From assembly GCA_012295275.1 (NCBI GenBank), contig CM022677.1, forward strand, positions 18,600,001 to 18,664,000: 64,000 bases of DNA. The letters run 5' to 3'. This DNA comes from Chrysomallon squamiferum. Lineage: Eukaryota; Animalia; Mollusca. The notes beneath the pieces were generated by a model. That model was not told the origin of the DNA and did no database searches. It saw nothing but the letters and a program-made list of their open reading frames with translations. The first letter of the stretch is position 1; every line of letters starts with the position of its first letter. Made by a program: the position numbers and the translations under genes. Shown here one piece after another: positions 60,047-64,000 of the stretch.

Positions 60047-60780
60047 ATAATCTTTCTAACACAGTAGTACCTAGTGATACGACTTACGAGTCTGCGCGAG
60101 TTACGAGCGAGCTTCAGATACGCTGCCGGTAGTTGGCGCTACGAACAACACAACATCCGCCCAGCATCCCGCGTCTCACTCGTTTACTTCACGTAAAATA
60201 TTTGTACACACATATTTTGTTTTATTTAAATACACGTTACAAAGTGGGGAACAGGGCCGGTACTGAGGATTCAGTGTTTTTAGTATCATGAAGAGAACGA
60301 TATTTGTTTTGTTTTGTTTTCTTTTGATTCTTTGTTGTTTATTTTGTTTATTTATTTCATAATTTACTTACTTTACCTGTTTTCTTTTTGGTTTCAGTTT
60401 CCTAACACCTCGTAACCTATAGCTAGCGAGATATGATGTTTCCAATGCTAAAACTAAAAACTGTGACGTCATTATTCTTATATAGTTTACAATGCAAATA
60501 TCTCTGTCCTGTCTCACATCCAATGTATCATCTCTGTCTCTCTTTATATCCCTGTCTCTGTGTCCAATTCATTCTCTTATCTATATCTCTCTCTCACTCT
60601 CTCTCTTTTTCTTTCTCTCTCTCTTTCTCACTCTCTCTGTCTCTCTCTCACTATCTCTCTCTATCTATCTTCTCTTTCTCTCTCTCCTTCTCTCTCTCTT
60701 ACTCTCTCTAACTCTCTATCCTGTTTCGCATCCAATATATCACCTCTCACTCTTTATATCTCAGTCTCTGTCTCCAATTC

Positions 60781-60898
<118 letters not shown>

Positions 60899-61160
60899 AC
60901 AAAGAAATAAATAAGTAAATCAACAAATACGTTTTCCAATATTATAGAAATAAATGACCACTGATTAATAAGTAAATTAAATACTGATGATAGTAGTAGT
61001 AGCTGGTTAGTAGTACCTGTAGTAGTAGCAGTACTAGTAGTAGTACTAGTAGTATTAAGTTCATTAAGTAATTAATTAATTATGACACTTTACATTTCGT
61101 AAGTCTTCTGTTTCAGTTGAAAACTTTAACCTTATGTGACGTCATTCCGTGCAGTCATTA

Positions 61161-61202
<42 letters not shown>

Positions 61203-61629
61203 TAAAGTTATTTTAGTAACTGATCTGCTATATTATCACAACATTTTACCATTATAACATTTTCAATGTTACAGGTAGATTTCTATCGAGGTGTCTATCT
61301 GTCTCATTATCCGTCTATATTTATGAAACTCAAACAAAGCATTATTTTTGTTTGTTTATTATAGTAGACAAAAGCTATTTAATACTATTATGACACTGAT
61401 CTTATTTTTTTTCAGTAAACTTTTTAAAGAAAAATAAGAAGAATATTGAGTAAAGAAAACATCTTTATTACATACGTACCAGTGATATGTACATACATAA
61501 CATATATATTGGATATACACACACAGAAATATATATATATGTATTGAATAACAAATTTTATTACTTCTGCTCTCAGAATTAATAAAAAATATATATTTAT
61601 TTAATCCTTATTACTATTATTATTATTAT

Positions 61630-61670
<41 letters not shown>

Positions 61671-62284
61671 TTATATAATTATTGATTTATTTATTTTTTT
61701 TTTCATTTTAAAACATTTTTCTAATATAACTATATATTTCTATACCCTTCATTTTTCTGTATATATTTTTTATACAGATTTCAAATGCGCTGGTATTATC
61801 TCTTTATTTCGAGTGATTACTGATCAAAACTGTAGTCACTGTTAGAAAAAGACTACGTCAACTCCCCGTATGAATAATTGTTAATTCACCTCTGTAAAGC
61901 AGAAGAAATGGAGCCAGCACAGGTCGTGGTATAACAAACTACTAATAAGGACGAGATTAAACTCTGACGTATATTTACAGTCTCCCTCAGCGAATGACGT
62001 AACGACATGAAACAACGTATCACATGTTAGCTAGGTGACGTATGACAGCGATATCTTGAAAAATCTTGTTTCGAGAGAACAATAGTTTTAATTATGTTCT
62101 TTATTACTCAGTCTGCCGCAACTGGTTGAGGTATTTGGCTCTTCGAGTTACAAATACTTAGTAGGCTTTGTTCAAGTATGCAGGTGTTTGTGTGAGTATA
62201 TGCGTCAAGATACAATCTTCAATATAGTGTGCGCATTAGGAATGAGAAATAGCTCTATTTCTGTCAGCCAGAATATCAAACAAC

Positions 62285-63990
62285 ACAACAGAAACACAGA
62301 CACACAGACTCACAGACACACAGACACATAGACACACAGAAACACAAACACATAGACAAACAGACATATAGCCGCATAGAAACACAGATACAGAGACACA
62401 CAGACAGGTAGACACATAGACACAGATACACAAACACATAGACAAACAGACCCACAGAAACACAGACACACATACTCACAGACACACAGACACATAGAAA
62501 CGCAGACACACAGAAACACAGACACATAGACAAACAGGCACACATACACATATACACACACAAACACATAGATGAACAGACACACAGGAACACAGACACA
62601 CAGACACATAGACACACAGAAACATAGACACATAGACAGATAGACACGTAGACACATAGGAACACAGATACACAAACACATAGACAAACAGACCCACAGA
62701 AACACAGACACACAGAAACACAGACACGCAGACATTTTGGCGCATAGACACACAGACACATAGACACACAGACACATAGACACACAGACACATAGACACA
62801 CAGACACACAGACACAGAGACACACTGGCACACAGAGACATAGACACACAGACACACAGACACATAGACACACAGGCACATAGACACATAGACACACAGA
62901 CACATAGACACACAGACACATAGACACACAGACACACAGACACATAGACACATATACACATAGACACACAGACACATAGACACATATACACACACAAACA
63001 CATAGATAAACAGACACACAGTAACACAGACACACATACACACAGACACATAGACTCACAGACACATAGACACACAGACACATAGACACACAGACACATA
63101 GAAACACAGACACAAAGACACACAGACACACAGACACATAGACACATAGACACCCAGACACACAGACACACAGACACATAGATACATAGAGTCACACACA
63201 GACACACATACACACAGATACATAGACTCACAGACACATAGACACACAGACACATAGACACACAGACACATAGACACACAGTCACATAGACACACATGCA
63301 CACAGACACACAGTCACATAGACACACAGTCACACAGACACACAGGCACAGAGACACACAGGCACACAGACACATAGACACACAGACACATAGACACACA
63401 GACACACAGACACACAGACACATATATACATAGAGTCACACACAGACACACAGACACATAGATTCACAGACACATAGACACACAGACACATAGACACACA
63501 GACACATAGACACACAGTCACATAGACACACATGCACACAGACACACAGTCACATAAACACACAGTCACACAGACACACAGTCACATAGACACACAGGCA
63601 CACAGACACATAGACACACAGACACATAGACACACAGACACACAGACACACAGACACACAGACACACAGACACATAGATACATAGAGTCACACACAGACA
63701 CATAGACTCACAGACACATAGACACACAGACACATAGACACACAGACACATAGACACATAGACACACAGTCACATAGACACACATGCACACAGACACACA
63801 GTCACATAGACACAGAGACACACAGTCACACAGTCACATAGACACACAGTCACATAGACACACAGTCACACAAAATACAACAGGCACATAGACACACAGT
63901 CACATAGACACACAGTCACAGAGACACACAGGCACAGAGACACACATGCACACAGACACACAGACACACAGGCACACAGACACACGGACA
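62285..63990. repeat. Compound ACACAG/ACATAG low-complexity repeat
   Basis: Directly visible. Confidence 0.9.
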
Positions 63991-64000
63991 TGAAATTAAG

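Overview
Eukaryotic, very AT-rich and microsatellite-laden animal DNA. The protein style and repeat load suggest a mollusc, possibly a cephalopod (inference only). The window is a tandem segmental-duplication array with units of roughly 10-20 kb. It holds four copies of a 4-exon, type II membrane TNF-superfamily ligand gene on the + strand (starts near 1128, 11100, 31076 and 46094) plus a fifth 3'-only remnant near 19391. Copies 2-4 are each preceded, head-to-head, by a decayed alpha-1,2-fucosyltransferase (CAZy GT11) gene on the - strand. At the matching position after copy 4 lies an ATG-less remnant of a core-1 beta-1,3-galactosyltransferase (C1GALT1/T-synthase-like, GT31) that the ORF track misses. 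The TNF paralogs are mosaics and differ only by amino-acid-changing substitutions in exon 3. They also differ at the residue aligning with the TRAIL zinc-binding Cys. All carry a nuclear-receptor DR4/DR1-like element, an intronic kappaB-like site and an (AAT)n/(ATT)n self-complementary last intron. The remainder is LINE 3' remnants, minisatellites (26, 54, 59-60 and 79 bp), simple repeats and a 200-N gap. Most long ORFs in the track are simple-repeat artefacts.
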